64,000 bases of DNA from Lingula anatina (lineage: Eukaryota; Animalia; Brachiopoda): assembly GCA_051362555.1 (NCBI GenBank), contig CM120642.1, positions 62,001-126,000 on the forward strand. The letters are read 5' to 3'. Under the pieces are notes generated by a model. It made no database searches, had not been told where the DNA came from, and saw only the letters and a list, made by a program, of their open reading frames with translations. How positions within the stretch are numbered: position 1 is the first letter of the stretch; each line of letters begins with the position of its first letter. The translations under genes were made by a program, and so were the position numbers. Of this stretch, positions 39,248 to 51,500 are shown piece after piece.

Positions 39248-40838
39248 TTATTTGCAATATTAAACAAAATTTACCTGCATAATTATCACTGCTTCCTTAT
39301 TATTAATCTAGCAGAGAGCTTAACCTATGGGAGTTTACAGGGAAATATCAACAAGTGTGCTTTATGTAATCTCAAATCACAAGTGTGCTTTATGTAGCCT
39401 ATCAATTAGGCAAATTACTTTATAACTGAAATTAGCGAAGTGATACCCAAGGGAAATTTATAGACTGACCCTCTCAAAGGTCTTTCAGGCCCATAAGTCA
39501 CAACTTAAGAAGAGCACAAAACAATAATGCACAAAATAGGAGACTACCACTTCTGATGCAATAATACATTATGTTTAACTGCACAGTCAACATCAAATTT
39601 TAATTTTGCACAACAGGTAACACCGATGAGAGTAAAAGCATAAGGCTTCAGGCCCATCAGAGTTCAAGTTTATACTTAGAAAGTGCCAGAATGAGAAAAA
39701 TGAAATTTCACACAAAATTGCATTAAATTCATTAATAAATGATAACCCAATTGACCTGGCTTTCTAATTTGAACTGCATGCCAATCCTAAAAATCATACT
39801 CTTAAGTTAAATATAATAATAAATAACACAGTTTTCTTTTCATAATGTTTGCAGTAGCAGTGCAAAAAGATTATTGTCAATTTTGATGTAACATTACATA
39901 ATAAATTATAGAATAATTATCACCAATTTTTGATTATTGACTATAAATAGCATGAACATGTAGAAAATTTGATTACCATCCGGCTTCATGTCCATGGGAG
40001 CTCCGAGTCCCACAATGAATATGCCAAAAAGATAATGAATATTTCACTAAAATGAATAACTTCCAGAAAAAGAAGCCCATTAGACTGCTTTTCCAACTTG
40101 GGCTGCATTTTAGTCCTGTGTTTCTTTTTTGAAAGTTTGACAATCATAAAGAACACGGTTTTCCCATCATGGTCATCATGGCAGATGTGGATGATTGAAT
40201 CTGACAAACTGCAATGATATGAGTTTATTTCCGTTTTGGACACTTGATTACACAATACATGATAACAAGTTTACCATCATTTTTACATAATCAACTAACA
40301 ATGTTGTAAAGATGCAGGAAATATCAAACACACACTTTTACGTATCTTATTAGTTCAATAATGAGACTGTTAACATGCCTAAGAATTGAATCTGAGGAAA
40401 TTTGAAACAAGGCAGCAAAGCTGTCAAATGTACAGACAAATAACAGAAAATAAAGATGCAAATAAGTGAAAAATTAAATTTTCACAAAAAACTGTTAAAT
40501 TGCCAGAAAAATTTACCAAACAGACTGCGTTGCCTATTGAAGCTGTATGTTAGACCCATGTTTCTTTCCTGTAAGTTTGAGAACAGTAAGTGACATGATT
40601 TCCCTTAAATGGTCATCATAGGAGCAGTGCCCAAAATAGGGGTTTCTTCAAATTTTGATGCAACATTACATAATGTTTAACAGCATAATGACAATCAAAT
40701 GTTATTAATAAAATATTAGTAACATGGACATTCAGAAAATGTGACAAGCAAAAGTCTTCAAGATCATGGAACTTTAAAGTCACACCTTGAAAATGCCAAT
40801 ATGTGAAAAATTAAATTTTCACAAAAAACTGTTTAACT

Positions 40839-40883
<45 letters not shown>

Positions 40884-42368
40884 AAAAAAAACAAACAGAC
40901 TGCATTGCCTACTGAAGCTGTATTTTAGTCCCATGTTTCTATCCTATAAGTTTGAAAACAGTAAGTGACATGATTTTCCTTAAATGGTCATCATGGAAGC
41001 AGTGCCCAAAATGGGGGTTTCTTCAAATTTTGATGCAATATTACATAATGTTTAACAGCTTAATGACCATCAATTTTTAATTATAAAATATTTGTATCAC
41101 AGATATTCAGAAAATGTGACTAGCAAAGGTCTTCAGGCCCATGGAACTTCAAAGTCACGCCTTGATAATGCCAAAATGTAAACAAGACAGCACTGTTCTG
41201 AAATGGGTTTATTTCCATTTTTAACACTTTTTTAAGTAAAAAAAAATACACATTTTACTGCCATTTTTATATGTCCAACTAAGAAAATTGATGAGATGGG
41301 AAAAGTATCAATAGAACAGTGTTAAATGTCCAATTTCCTCCATTCTGAGATTCTGAACATAGTGGATGATTGAATCTGACAAACTGCAATGATATGAGTT
41401 TATTTCCATTTTTGACACTTTATTACACAATACATGATAACAAGTTTACCATGTTTTTTACATAATCAACTAACAATATTGTAAAGATGCAGGAAATATC
41501 AAACAAACACTTTTAGGCATCTTATTAGTTAAATAATGAGACTGTTAACATGCCTAATAATTGAATCTGAGGAAATGTGAAAAAACAGTATAACTTCTTA
41601 AGTAATGGCCCGATTATGCTTATTTTCGAACTCAACCTGCATTTTAGTAAGATTGACCACTCCTGTGAGTATAATTACAATTGGCCAATCCGTTTTTCTT
41701 ATATTGTGTTATCAGTGTTGCATTTATATTGAAAATAGTGAAAAAACTGCATAAATTACCTAAAAGTGACCCGATCATGCTGATTTTCGAACTTGACCTG
41801 CGTATTATGAATATTCATCAGTTCTGTAAGTTTCAAGTCAAAAGGTAAAATGGTTTTCCACTTATCGTGTTATCGGTTCTGCATATATGCTGAAAAAAGT
41901 GAAAAAACAGCATAAATTCCCTAAAAGTGACCCGATCATGCTGATTTTCGAACTTGACCTGCGTATTATGAATATTCATCAGTTCTGTAAGTTTCAAGTC
42001 AAAAGGTAAAATGGTTTTCCACTTATCGTGTTATCGGTGCTGCATACATGCTGAAAAAAGTGAAAAAACAGCATAAATTCCCTAAAAGTAACCCGATCAT
42101 GCTGATTTTCGAACTTGACCTGCGTATTATGAATATTCATCAGTTCTGTAAGTTTCAAGCCAAAAGGTAAAATGGTTTTCCACTTATCGTGTTATCGGTG
42201 CTGCATATATGCTGAAAAAAGTGAAAAAACAGCATAAATTCCCTAAAAATGACCCGATCATGCTGATTTTCGAACTTGACCTGCGTATTATGAATATTCA
42301 TCAGTTCTGCAAGTTTCAAGTCAAAAGGTAAAATGGTTTTCCACTTATCGTGTTATCGGTAAAAGTGC

Positions 42369-42399
<31 letters not shown>

Positions 42400-44941
42400 C
42401 AGCGACGACGGCGACGACAGACGCAGATGATGGCTATATGTACAGACACATCTGTGTCTGTACATAAAAACAGTACAACTTCTAAAATAATGGCCCGATA
42501 ACACTGATTTTCGAACTCAACCTGCATTTTTGTAAGATTGACCACTCCTGTGAGTATAATGACAATTGGCTAAGCTGTTTTTCTTATATTGTGTTATTAA
42601 TGTTGCATATATGTTGAAAAAAGTGAAAAAAACAGCATAAAAAAATTAAAAGAAAATGTAAAATAAAACATAACAAAAAATACCAATAAAGCTGCTATTC
42701 AAACTTTTAATCTAGCCGTACAATTACTAACATGATATGAATAACCCTATTGAGTTTGAGAATAATAAGGCACTGTTATTCATCTTTAACATTAATGTAA
42801 GCGTTACACAAATTTTTTTTTGTAAACTTATTTTCCATATTAAATAACATTTACCTGCATAATAATCATCGATTCCTAATTATGTGACACAGTTAAGAAA
42901 GCTAAACCGATGGGACTTTACAATGAAATCTCAATGTGTGTTTATGTAATCTCATTTAATACCCACTTGAAAATTAATTAAGCAAATTATTTTATAACCC
43001 TGAAATAACTTGAAAATCAATTAAGCAAATTATTTTATAACCCTGAATTAACTGCCTACTATCCATATACATTTATTGCACCAAATAGCACTGTACTGCA
43101 TTGCTTTCAAAACAGAAAACAATTACGATGGTTTTCCAACACAAGCTGCACTTCACTCTTTTCAGTAAGGTTGATTATCATAAGTAACATGGTTTTCCCT
43201 TAATCGCTATCCTGGCAGCAGTGTCCAAAATAGGGTTTTCTTTAACTTTCATGCAATATAACATAATACTTAACAGCATAATGACCATCAAATTTTTTAT
43301 AAAAAAATAAAAGTATCATGGATATTCAGAAAATGTGATATGGAAAGGTCTCCAAGGACATGGAAGTTAGGGTCACACTTTCAAAATGCCAAAATGTTAA
43401 CAAGAGATAACTGTACTGAAATGATTTTCTTTCCATTTTCAACACCTTTTTTACATAAAACCATCATCAATTAACTGTCATTTTTAAATGATCAACTAGG
43501 AAAATTGTTGACATAGGAAAAATATCAATAGAACAATTTATAATGTCCAATTAGCTCCATTTGGAGATTCTGAACATAGTGAATGATTGAATCTGACGAA
43601 CTGCAATGATGAGTTCCTTTCCATTTTTGATACTTTATTACACAATGCAGGATAATAGGTTTACCGTCATTTTTATATAATCAACTAACAATATTGTTAA
43701 GAAGCAGAAAATGTTAAAACAACACTTTAACATATCCAATTAGTACCGTTATGAGACTGTTAACATGCTTAAGAATTAAATCTGAAGAAAAACCACTTAT
43801 ATACAAAAAGGCTAATAACTTCATCAAAACTTAACTGATCAAGCTTATTTTCAAACTTGATCTGTATAGTGCTGAAAAAATTGAAAAAAAAAAAAAAAAC
43901 AGGATAACTTCCATAAAAATTGCCCGATCTTGCTGATTTTCAAACTTGACCTGCGTATTATGAATATTCATTAGTTCTGTAAGTTTCAAGCCAAATGAAA
44001 AAACAGTTTTCCACTTATTGTGTTATCAGTGCTGCATATATGCTGAAAAAAGTGAAAAAAACAGCATAAATTCCCTAACAATAATCGAATCATGCTGATT
44101 TTCGAACTTGACTTGTGTATTATGAATATTTATCAGTTCTACAAGTTTCAAGCCAAAAGGTAAATTGGTTTTCCACTTATGGTGTTATCGGTGCTGCATA
44201 TATGCTGAAAAATAGTTAAAAAACAGCATAAATTCCCTAAAAATGACCCAATCATGCTGATTTTCGAACTTGACCTGTGTATTATGAATATTAATCAGTT
44301 TTGTAAGTTTCAAGCCAAAAGGTAGGATGGTTTTCCACTTATCGTGTTATCGGGGTTGCATATATGCTGAAAAAAGTGAAAAAAACAGCATAAATTCCCT
44401 AAAAATGACCCGATCATGCTGATTTTCGAACTTGACCTGCGTATTATGAATATTCATCAGTTCTGTAACTTTCAAGCCAAAAGGTAAAATGGTTTTTCAC
44501 TTATCGTGTTATCGGTGCTGCATATATGCTGAAAAAAGTGAAAAAACAGCATAAATTCCCTAAAAGTGACCCGATCATGCTGATTTTCGAACTTGACCTG
44601 CGTATTATGAATATTCATCAGTTTTGTAAGTTTCAAGTCAAAAGGTAAAATGGTTTTCCACTTATCGTGTTATCAGTGCTGCATATATGCTGAAAAAAGT
44701 GAAAAAACAGCATAAATTCCCTAAAAGTGACCCGATCATGCTGATTTTCGAACTTGACCTGCGTATTATGAATATTCATCAGTTCTGTAAGTTTCATACC
44801 AAAAGAAAAAACAGTTTTCCATTTATCGTGTTATCGGTAAAAGTGCACGGCGACGGCGACGACGGCAACGACGGCGACGACAGACGCAGATGATGGCTAT
44901 ATGTACAGACACATCTGTGTCTGTACATAAAAAAGGATTCC

Positions 44942-44980
<39 letters not shown>

Positions 44981-46053
44981 CTTTTAGATAACCTGGCACT
45001 TATGAACGGAGGCATGCCACATCATTTTAAGTAAAATATCAATGGTTTACATTGCAGACTGTTCCTGAAGCTTCAGAGGAGACACCAGAGGAAAACTGGA
45101 CTGACAAGTTGTTTTCAGAGCTGCAGGATGACTTGGAAGAGAGATATGAATATGGTATGGGGACTTGCATGGTTTAGAGGACCTTATCTTTGGGAATTAT
45201 TGTTTGGGAAAAATAAAGAAGATTTAATTTTTTTTTTTTGGGGGGGGGGGGTTGAAGAGAATACATACTTGTTTTCTCTGAAAGTGTTTTCTTTATTTAA
45301 AGAATTACCAAACCAGTGAATTGATGAGATTATCAGATGGTGAAAAAGTAGTTTATATTAGTACTAGAGAAAAGACCCTTCTTTATTGTAATTGATCATT
45401 TTTTTGTTCCAATAAGTCTTCTATGCTCCTTTGATTTTTATTTTTAGTAAGGACATAATCATATACCAGAGGTCTTGTTTGACGTTTCAGATTTTTACCA
45501 TGATTCTCACCAACCACGTGAGTCTTATGAGGAGTGGAGCAGACGGATGGCTAAGGAGAAATTTAGTAAAGAACAGCATTACCATGGGGCGGACAGGAAA
45601 CGAAAAACCAAAGATGAAGAGGAGACAGAAAAGGAGAAGCAAAAGAAATTTCAAAGAAAACTAGAACAAGAACATGAGGAATACCTGAAACTAGGTCAGA
45701 GAAAAGAAGAAGAGGTGATACAAGAAAAGAGACAGAAATATGAAGAACAGTGCCTGGAATTCTTCTCTGGAAACTCCAGCAGTCAGATAAGATATCGGGA
45801 CATTCCTTGGCCTGATAAGACAGATGTGTGGAGAGGGGCGGAGATAGTGACTGGGGGAGAGAACAAGGGGGATCCCACCATCTTCAAGAAGTACCTCAGG
45901 GAGCAGAGAGTCAGGTGGCACCCAGACAAATTTCTACAGAAATGTGGACACCGGTTAAAGCAGGATGAGAGGGAGAAAATCCTGGAGAAAATTAAAGAAA
46001 TTTCCCAGACATTAAATAAATTGTGTGAGGACATTGAAGCCAAGACAAGCTGA
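35094..46053 (+). CDS. NFKBIL1: NF-kappa-B inhibitor-like protein 1 (ankyrin repeats plus C-terminal WHPDKF domain), 5 coding exons, ~356 aa
   Basis: Exons 35094-35269, 35991-36094, 36417-36547, 45058-45154, 45491-46053 in phases 2,1,0,1. Ankyrin motifs RTLLHLACLGGH and DGNLGIHLAA, then WTDKLFSELQDD, a charged coiled region, YRDIPWP and REQRVRWHPDKFLQ. Confidence 0.9.
35471..35922. repeat. 56-bp x 8 minisatellite in NFKBIL1 coding intron 1
   Basis: TGTTTAACATGCAGGTTATGTTCTCATCTTGTGAAAATGAAGTTATCAGAATCTTT repeated. Confidence 0.93.
36525..38218 (+). repeat. 38-bp x ~42 minisatellite spanning the NFKBIL1 exon 3 donor, with a 90-bp interruption
   Basis: Unit GGCTAAGACACCATGTAACCCAG|GTACAGTAGTTCATA. 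Confidence 0.95.
38964..39150 (+). mobile_element. Short HINE-like element (AACTAGAAAAGCACTCCGAGAG...CCTTGGCAGAGGT)
   Basis: Subterminal inverted repeat ACCTCTGCCAAGG / CCTTGGCAGAGGT with a 3' hairpin ACCTCCTTGGCAGAGGT and A/T-rich ends. Confidence 0.6.
40406..42470 (+). mobile_element. Inner full-length family A HINE copy
   Basis: It has its own 5' end at ~40406 and 3' hairpin at ~42436-42465. The flanks rejoin as TTGAATCTGAGGAAATTTGAA|AAACAGTACAACTT, matching the uninterrupted version at 41561-41600. Confidence 0.75.
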
Positions 46054-46098
46054 TACCTCAGATATGTGTATAATGTCTTTTATGAATTGAAATACCTT

Positions 46099-46104
46099 AA
46101 TAAA
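46099..46104 (+). other. Candidate NFKBIL1 polyadenylation signal
   Basis: AATAAA ~45 nt after the stop codon. Confidence 0.45.
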
Positions 46105-46465
46105 ATTTTGTCACATTGAGTCAGATACAATTACAATGTTATTTCCATTATAGATATACCAAAAAACAATTGCAAGTAGAGACAAGGTAGCTCTGAAAGT
46201 TTCAGCACTTCTTCAGGGGTGAGCAAGTTTTACACTACATACACAGTATGTAGACAAACTGCCAACAGGATTTTTTAAAACAATAATAAATGACCTGAAC
46301 ATGTACAATTTTAGTGCGACTTGAAAAGTGCTCCTCAGTCAGATTTTTCTAAACAAAAATCATGGGGTCAAAACAAACATACAAATAACCACAGGAACTT
46401 GCAAATTCTACTGCAATTCTACTGCACAACCAACAATAGTAAATAAAGTGGTAATAGTCTTCATT

Positions 46466-47189
46466 TATTCTTTATCAGTTAGTATAACTGCCATCACACC
46501 ATGGACCATGTATTCCCATTCCTAGTATTCTCTATCAGGTAGTATAACTGCCATCACGCCATGAACCACGTGTACCCATTCCTAGTATTCTCTGTCAGTT
46601 AGTATAACTGCCATCACGCCATGAACCACGTGTACCCATTCCTAGTATTCTCTGTCAGTTAGTATAACTGCCATCACGCCATGAACCACGTATACCCACT
46701 CCTAGTATTCTCTGTCAGTTAGTATAACTGCCATCACGCCATGAACCACGTGTACCCACTCCTAGTATTCTCTGTCAGTTAGTATAACTGCCATCACGCC
46801 ATGAACCACGTGTACCCACTCCTAGTATTCTCTGTCAGTTAGTATAACTGCCATCACGCCATGAACCACGTGTACCCACTCCTAGTATTCTCTGTCATTT
46901 AGTATAACTGCCATCTCGCCATGAACCACGTATACCCACTCCTAGTATTCTCTGTCAGTTAGTATAACTGCCATCACGCCATGAACCACGTATACCCACT
47001 CCTAGTATTCTCTATCAGTTAGTATAACTGCCATCACGCCATGAACCACGTGTACCCACTCCTAGTATTCTCTATCAGTTAGTATAACTGCCATCACACC
47101 ATGAACCACGTGTACCCACTCCTAGTATTCTCTATCAGTTAGTATAACTGCCATCACGCCATGAACCACGTATACCCATTCCTAGTATC
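46466..47189. repeat. 60-bp x 12 minisatellite between the convergent NFKBIL1 and SUCO 3' ends
   Basis: ATGAACCACGTGTACCCACTCCTAGTATTCTCTGTCAGTTAGTATAACTGCCATCACGCC repeated. Confidence 0.93.
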
Positions 47190-48578
47190 ATGATGACAGA
47201 CAGGTACTGATCACAATGGAAGGCAATCTGGGACATCAAGACTCACAAGAATGCCTTTAATACTGAGACAGTTCACAACATTCAAAACTTGATTTACAAT
47301 GTATTAATTCATGTATTTATCCACACCCACATGAATTTTCTGGTTGCTGTTCAAGTCATGAAACTTTCACATTTTCTTACAATTATTATTATCTGAATAT
47401 ATAAATATCCTTGGCTCTGTCCTGACTAACTGAGCATAGTTTCCAATGTCCCATACAAATAGTTCCACCAGTTGATTTATTAAAGAAACGTGCTTTAACA
47501 TTTTACAGTAATTAAAACATAAGGGAATTTTTAAATAAGATTTTGATAGATTTAGAAACCAGAAGCCTTTTTCAAAGCCTGTGCTATGGATTATTTCAAC
47601 TGGTAACACAAGAGGTTTTCTATAACTATATTTACAACTGACCAACCTCTGCTGTGTGAAGCCAAACTTTGAAACCATCCCTGCTCCTGCATAACTTACT
47701 GTATAGCAGATAACCTTTGTTCTTTATGTTATTATAAGAAAAGAAAATCTCATGGTAACAAAGGAAACAGTCACTTCTGCATCGCAATATAATAACAATA
47801 TCAATAAACAATATTAACATAAAATATAATAATACTGATCATTATTTTACACAAAATCAACAACAACAACATGACACTATAAATAAAGCAATGATAACTC
47901 CTAACCTGTACCATATAAAAATACATTGACTTGAAGCAAGCCTTCTGTAGCACTGTAATCCTTTCAGCACTGATTGTTAGTATTCACTGGCTCTGTAATA
48001 GCTCCAGTCACTATTGTTAGTATTCTCTGGTTCTGTAATAGCTCCAGTCACTGCAGAGTAGCATTGCACATGGAATTGATACTCCACTGATGTTACTGAT
48101 ACACAGTGGGGCACCTTGCTTTCTACTCAATTGCATATGTTACTGATACTCCAATGATGTAAATGATACTCAGTGGGGCACCTTGCTTTCTACACCATTG
48201 CACACTGTACACGAGGTAAAGCACTTCCACTGGGCAGGAAGTCTCTAGTACCATAAAATATCCACCAAGATAAGATGTCGATATTGACTGGACACAGCCA
48301 TCATTCCACAGCCATGTTAGCAGAACCTGATGTGTGCCTTTTACCTCTCTTGTGGATTTTTAAGCCAAATTAACAGTGTCAAAACCCAAACATTTCACTA
48401 AGACTACAACATTTACCAACTGCAAAGCACAAAGCAGTGATAAGCTGCAGCTATGCCAACCCCTACCATAATATTCCTGTACATTTGTAGAGAAGTAAAA
48501 CAATAAACCAAACATTTTGTTACTGTCCCCTCATGACCAATTTTGATCCCACACTGATAATTTTGATTAGCACTCTAT

Positions 48579-51500
48579 TTACTGTTTCCATGGTAACCAA
48601 CTGGCAACAGAATTTATATGATTATCTGGTTTTGGACAGGAAGGAGGTAGCTGACATTGGTCTTCTCTTTGCTTCTTTTTCTTCCTAAGTGTTACTTTAT
48701 TGTTGCCTTGGTTACTGTTGTTATGGTTACTGTTGTAATGGCCATTCATCTTTCCAGTTACCATAGGTCCAATGTTTTCAATGCTGTTTGTATGTTGGTC
48801 AGATAGAGGAAAACCATTCACTGTTGGAGACTTGTCCATCTTTGGAAAACTTTGACTAGATTGATGGGAACTAAAGGCCTCCTCCCCCTGGACTAGACTG
48901 CCATTCATGACACCTGCAAACAGAAGTCCAGCACTGGTGACATCTTCATGGACTGCTTCATCATTGTGAACTGACGGACTTATAAGGAGCTGGGACGACA
49001 ACTTGGACGCTTTCTCTTGAGACTTTCGCTTCCTCACCTTTTTCTTCTTCTTGGCATCTGGTGGAGCCTGTGAAGATAAAGGCGCAATAAACACATCAAA
49101 CAGTTTGAGATCTTTTTGAAGTTTTTTGAAATGCAAACAGATACTACAAGATAAATTTAATACAGTGTTTATGATTTTTATCAAATCATACACAGTGGTA
49201 TACACAGTCTTCATCTTCATATCACAAACACTGTATGTATGGAGAAAAGACACCCAAAGCAGTATTAAAGATTTTATTCTAGGTTTCCGAGTTTGACACT
49301 GAAATACTTACCCTCAGTGGAGAATCTGTGATAAGAGGCAGTGACGGCTGAATGACGGTCAAATCTGGATCTGAACCTGCAATAAACCAAGGGAATCAGC
49401 ACATATTAAGTAAATCTAAGACAGGTACTGATGAGTCTTTCGATCCACCACTAAATGTTCTGTCTCTGGTGGTTTACTGATAACAAAGATTAGAGACTAT
49501 ATGACTCACTGTAAGAACCGACCAATCATCTTCTCTGCTGTGACTCTGTACGTACAGACATACTGTGGCTTGCAACAACCTATTAAAATCATTTTCAGTT
49601 CTTACCAGAAAGTCTCTCAGTAAGGATTGGCTCTGGACTTTCTAGGAATGCACTCTCATCAACAGAAAGACGCCGGGCTGGAATGTTGGGGCGATGGCTC
49701 TTCACCTGTACAGATAAACACTGTTTTACTTCATACCCCATAAGTTTTGGTGCAAGATAAATTTGTATCCATTTTTTTCAGTTCGCTGTGTATTCACTAC
49801 TGTCTTTATAAAAAGGAAAAACAAATTTATTGACTCAACAAAGACAAATGTTAAGAAATTGCTGTTCAATACATCAAAATGAATTTAAGGTTTCACTGGG
49901 TCTATATGTGATACTGCATGAAGAACAGCACTTCGTTATGTGACTGTAATATTTGGCTACAACATGAGAGAAGTGTATCACATTATGTGACTGGTCACCT
50001 ACCTCATTTAGAAACTTCTCCAGTATATCACATGAGACTGGTCACCTACCTCATTTAGCAACTTCTCCAGCATACCACATCGTGCGACTGGTCACCTACC
50101 TCATTAAGTAACTTCTCCAGTATATCACATTATGTGACTGGTCACCTACCTCATTAAGTAACTTCTCCAGTATATCACATTATGTGACTGGTCACCTACC
50201 TCATTAAGTAACTTTTCCAGTATATCACATTATGAGACTGGTCACCTACCTCATTAAGTAACTTCTCCAGTATATCACATTATGAGACTGGTCACCTACC
50301 TCATTAAGTAACTTCTCCAGTATATCACATTATGTGACTGGTCACCTACCTCATTAAGTAACTTCTCCAGTATATCACATTATGTGACTGGTCACCTACC
50401 TCATTAAGTAACTTCTCCAGTATATCACATTATGTGACTGGTCACCTACCTCATTAAGTAACTTCTCCAGTATATCACATTATGTGACTGGTCACCTACC
50501 TCATTAAGTAACTTCTCCAGTATATCACATTATGTGACTGGTCACCTACCTCATTAAGTAACTTCTCCAGTATATCACATTATGAGACTGGTCACCTTCC
50601 TCATTAAGTAACTTCTCCAGTATATCACATTATGAGACTGGTCACCTACCTCATTAAGCAACTTCTCCAGTATATCACATTATGAGACTGGTAACCTACC
50701 TCATTAAGTAACTTCTCCAGTATATCACATTATGAGACTGGTAACCTACCTCATTAAGTAACTTCTCCAGCATACCACATCGTGCGACTGGTAACCTACC
50801 TCATTAAGTAACTTCTCCAGCATACCACATCGTGCGACTGGTAACCTACCTCATTAAGTAACTTCTCCAGCTCAATCTTGGAAGGACTGGGAGGACGTCT
50901 GCTCAAACACCACAACAACACCGCTATCAGCACCATGGCCTGGACAGCTAGCACCACCAGGTGGAACTCCACTGCCTGGAAGTATTGACAGCATTAACTG
51001 GAGTGTAACTCTGCAGACTAATGTGGAATACCATCCCAGTTTGTAGAGAACAGCATCAGTGACATTACATTTGGAAGAGGAAATTGATTTTATGATAACA
51101 AATTATAACTTTACACCACACATTTGACAAAACTAGCCTACCCCAGCATAACACAACAGTAGGAATGTATCACATACCCCAGCATAACACAACAGTAGGA
51201 ATGTATCACATACCCCATCATAACACAGCAGTAGGAATGTATCACATACCCCAGCATAACACAACAGTAGGAATGTATCACATTATCACTGCTGGCAATA
51301 AGCCAATCCATCAGATGTATTATCCTACACTATCCTCACTACAAACTTCATTACTGTATCATTCATCAGACAACATAATCTGTGGTCTACAAACACAATC
51401 ACATTCAGCAGACTACATTTTCTGTGTCCTCACCTTTATCTGCATCTGCTTCATGTCGTCTGCCATGGCTACCATGGTGTAAGTCAGATTCTCCAATCTC

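Larger units (their letters stand above)
38396..44935 (+). mobile_element. Nested or compound Helentron/HINE-like family A elements in NFKBIL1 intron 3
   Basis: 5' subterminal ATGTACAGACA, ~161-bp core tandem repeats (41575-42360, 43790-44840), a (GGCGAC/GAC)n microsatellite, and a 3' hairpin TATGTACAGACACA-TC-TGTGTCTGTACATA followed by an A-run. The 3' end occurs twice (~42436-42470 and ~44899-44933). This architecture matches described pearl/DINE-1/HINE elements. Confidence 0.8.
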
